Below, piece after piece: positions 61,400 to 64,000 of a stretch of DNA of 64,000 nucleotides. A program made the translations under genes and the position numbers. The notes under the pieces were generated by a model that saw only the letters and a program-made list of their open reading frames with translations, was not told the DNA's origin and searched no databases. Position 1 is the first letter of the stretch. The number at the start of each line of letters is the position of its first letter. Location of the stretch: the NCBI GenBank assembly GCA_030390025.1, contig CM059435.1, positions 100,068,001 to 100,132,000 on the forward strand, written 5' to 3'. This DNA is from Squalus acanthias (taxonomy: Eukaryota).

Positions 61400-62810
61400 A
61401 TAAAGGTGATTCATTTAATGCCAAACTCAATAATTCCCTTTAATTCACCTCTCACCCACATGTCAACCCATAGTGCCTTTCTTAAAAGAAGGTTCACTAA
61501 GTTTACTACTCCTACAAGATGCTCCCCCAGTGGCTTCAGTAAAGCTGGTGGAAGGCTGCTGTTGCACATATTGGAATCCTTGAGATACTGAAGACTTTTG
61601 GGTGCTCGATCCTGTGAGGATCCGGGTGCAAACTGCTGCTTTTCACTTGCTGTGGGCTTAGTTTGGCTTAGCTAACTTTCTGGCACCATGGTGCATATTG
61701 TTTGAGGGGTGACGAGGGAGCAGACATGCTGACATCCTGAGAGACGGCAATGCACACCCTGCTGCACTACTGCCACTCCCATGGGCCTAAGGCTCATCAC
61801 TTCCACTGATCTGTGGCAGAACAGACTGCAGGAGATGAGTGACACCTTGAAATTCCCATAATATTCAGGTCACCATTCTCTCCAAGGTGGAGTCCAAAGG
61901 CTGGATGGCAGCAGTTTGAGCTTCCATCAGAGGCAAAGGCTGGTAACATCGACTTCTTTTGCGAGGGCCCGGCTGCAGCGTCCCTGGAGCAGGCCACACG
62001 CTCCAAGGTAGCCTTCAGAGTGCTGATGTCGTGTGAGATGACAACACATAAGCTGGAAGCGGACTCCTCAATACTTTCACCCATGGTGCTGGAACAGCCT
62101 TGGCAGGCCTTCTAATACCTTGTATAACTGATACCGCTGGTGTCGAGAGCTTGCTGCTCCAACTCAAAGAGGAGCATGATACTGAATGTTCATCTCCCGG
62201 CCTTACTGCTCTCCCTTTTGTCATGCACTGTTTCTCCTTCAGAAAGAGAGAGTGAGAGTTAATGAGTGTCTACTGAAAAGGAGAATGTATATCTATGGGG
62301 CTTCTCCCACATTACAACAGTGACTACACCCCAAAAGTACTTCATTGGCTGTAAAGCGCTTTGAGACGTCTGGTGGTCGTGAAAGGCGCTATATAAATGT
62401 AAGTCTTTCTTTCTTTCTGTTTGTTGTGCATATGCTGAGAGGGAGAAGAACCAAGATGCAAGCAGTGTGGCGAGGTGTTCAATGGAAAGCAAGTAGCTGG
62501 AGTGTGAAATGGGGAAGGAGTCATCAGAGGAGTTCCTTGTTCTGCAATAGCTACCAAGTGAGAAGAGAATGCTGTTTATGGCTGCTGTGAAGGCAACAAG
62601 CAAGAGGCGAGTGTGTTTGGCTTGAGAATCAGAGGTTGTATAGTGTGCCCATGTGATGGGTGGTGAAGGATTTGACAGAGGGAAGGGAATTGTTGTGAGT
62701 GTTGGGGAGGGGGTGAATGACTGTTGCCAGGTGTTATGGAGACAGATGGAGAAATGAAGAACTGTGCTCATCCTTGCTGCTCTTGTCAAGTCATTGAAAT
62801 ATTACCACTA
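61400..62810 (-). mobile_element. Probable remnant of the Harbinger partner (Myb/SANT-like) gene, convergent with the transposase
   Basis: Minus-strand FNDLTRAAR at ~62798-62772 resembles the end of a trihelix/Myb domain. Coding-like segments at 61797-62240. The tail-to-tail layout fits Harbinger organisation. Weak. Confidence 0.4.
62303..62418 (+). mobile_element. DeuSINE-type SINE 3' fragment
   Basis: acattacaacagtgactacac...gaaaggcgctatataaatgtaagtctttctttctttc. Close to the reverse complement of 8860-8972. Confidence 0.9.
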
Positions 62811-64000
62811 TCCTACAATCTTATCCAACCCTCTCCTGTGGCAAAGAGCAGGACCTTTAAATGGCTGATTATAATAAAAATCACGTGAAGGAAATTCTAC
62901 ATTTAATCAGACGCAGTTGCTACAATATCATTGGCAGGAGAGTAAATATTAATTGAGAGATAAGTAGTTTTCTGAAATAAATAAAGGGATTTTTGACCCA
63001 AAGGTCAAACATTCAGTACTGTATGATATATCGCTACTCTGCAAACACCAAACGATGTTTGAAATTAATTCCATCTTGGCAGCACAAGGAATTGTTGTTG
63101 CAACACATATTGTTTTAATCACCATATTTTGTCTAATTGGAATTTTAAATAAATGTTGCCGTTTGGACAGCTTTTCAAGGACCAGTTTATTAGCAACTGG
63201 TGAGCACATTTGGGTCAATTTCCTTTGGATATTCAAAAATCCCATTTAGCAGGCAAAGAGGATGAAGTCTGGATTGATATGATTATAATTAGCTTGAACC
63301 AATTCCAATGTTTGCATTCATTTCCATATTAGCTAGCTACTGTTGACACAGCCACAAAGTATATATGGATTGACCGGACACTACAACATTGATGGCATAT
63401 GACAAATGCAGAGAGGTTCGCATTTATGGGATAAGTGAACTAAACTTGGTTCTTTGTTTGACCTTTTTATTACAGAGAGAAAAATAACATGATTTCAAAA
63501 ATAACATGAAAGAGGCGTCCACTTCAAGAAAGAGAGACTTGTTTAGATTCCAACACTTTGAAAACTGATTAACTATTAATTATTAGCTGATGTGCTGTGG
63601 CATTGCTCATCGTGAATCAGAGGTTCTGGTGTTGCAATGGGGAGGAGTGCACATCGCCAATGAAAGAAGTTTGCAATAGATTTTCCCAGGGACATTGAGG
63701 TAATATGTATTTTGATTTTGTTAATTTGTATATAAAGAGTATTCCCCATCCTAGCTAAATAAATGCTATGTAAATAAATGTCTGAATATAATATGAGGGA
63801 GTAGTTCTTTACTGTCCATCTGTGGCTTTTTCTAGTGAAAACCAAGAAATATATAGTTTCCATTTTATCTGCATCCTTCTTTCTTTGCCAAATATTTCTG
63901 CAACATATTAAACAGAATCTATTGGTAAAACATTTAAAATTCAGAACCTATTTATCAGAACTTCCATCAAACTTGAATAATGGTACAATCCTTCCAAAGT

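Overview
This is vertebrate nuclear DNA, most likely from a shark or other cartilaginous fish, judged from its repeat content (DeuSINE-type SINEs, CR1/L2 LINEs, Penelope termini). The species cannot be determined from the window. The only host gene I can support is hmga2 on the minus strand: coding exons 1-3 (105, 87 and 51 nt, one AT-hook each, all GT-AG, phase 0) at 47146-41748, preceded by a CpG-richer, repeat-poor promoter region. Positions 1-41747 are the very long intron 3, and exons 4-5 were not found. The rest is transposon-derived sequence plus some repeat-free, motif-dense stretches that may be enhancers. The most notable structures are: (i) a young-looking Penelope insertion with a perfect 15-bp TSD, two nested long inverted repeats and an intact-looking minimal hammerhead ribozyme (20257-20754); (ii) two multi-tier transposon nests; (iii) a 66-bp templated copy of neighbouring sequence inside a MITE; (iv) a triple-E-box tandem repeat; (v) a fossil PIF/Harbinger transposase with several TIR and foldback MITEs. 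I see no CRISPR array or prokaryote-type system. Nearly all short ORFs in the ORF track are spurious or decayed TE frames. Repeat family names come from motif recognition, not database searches.
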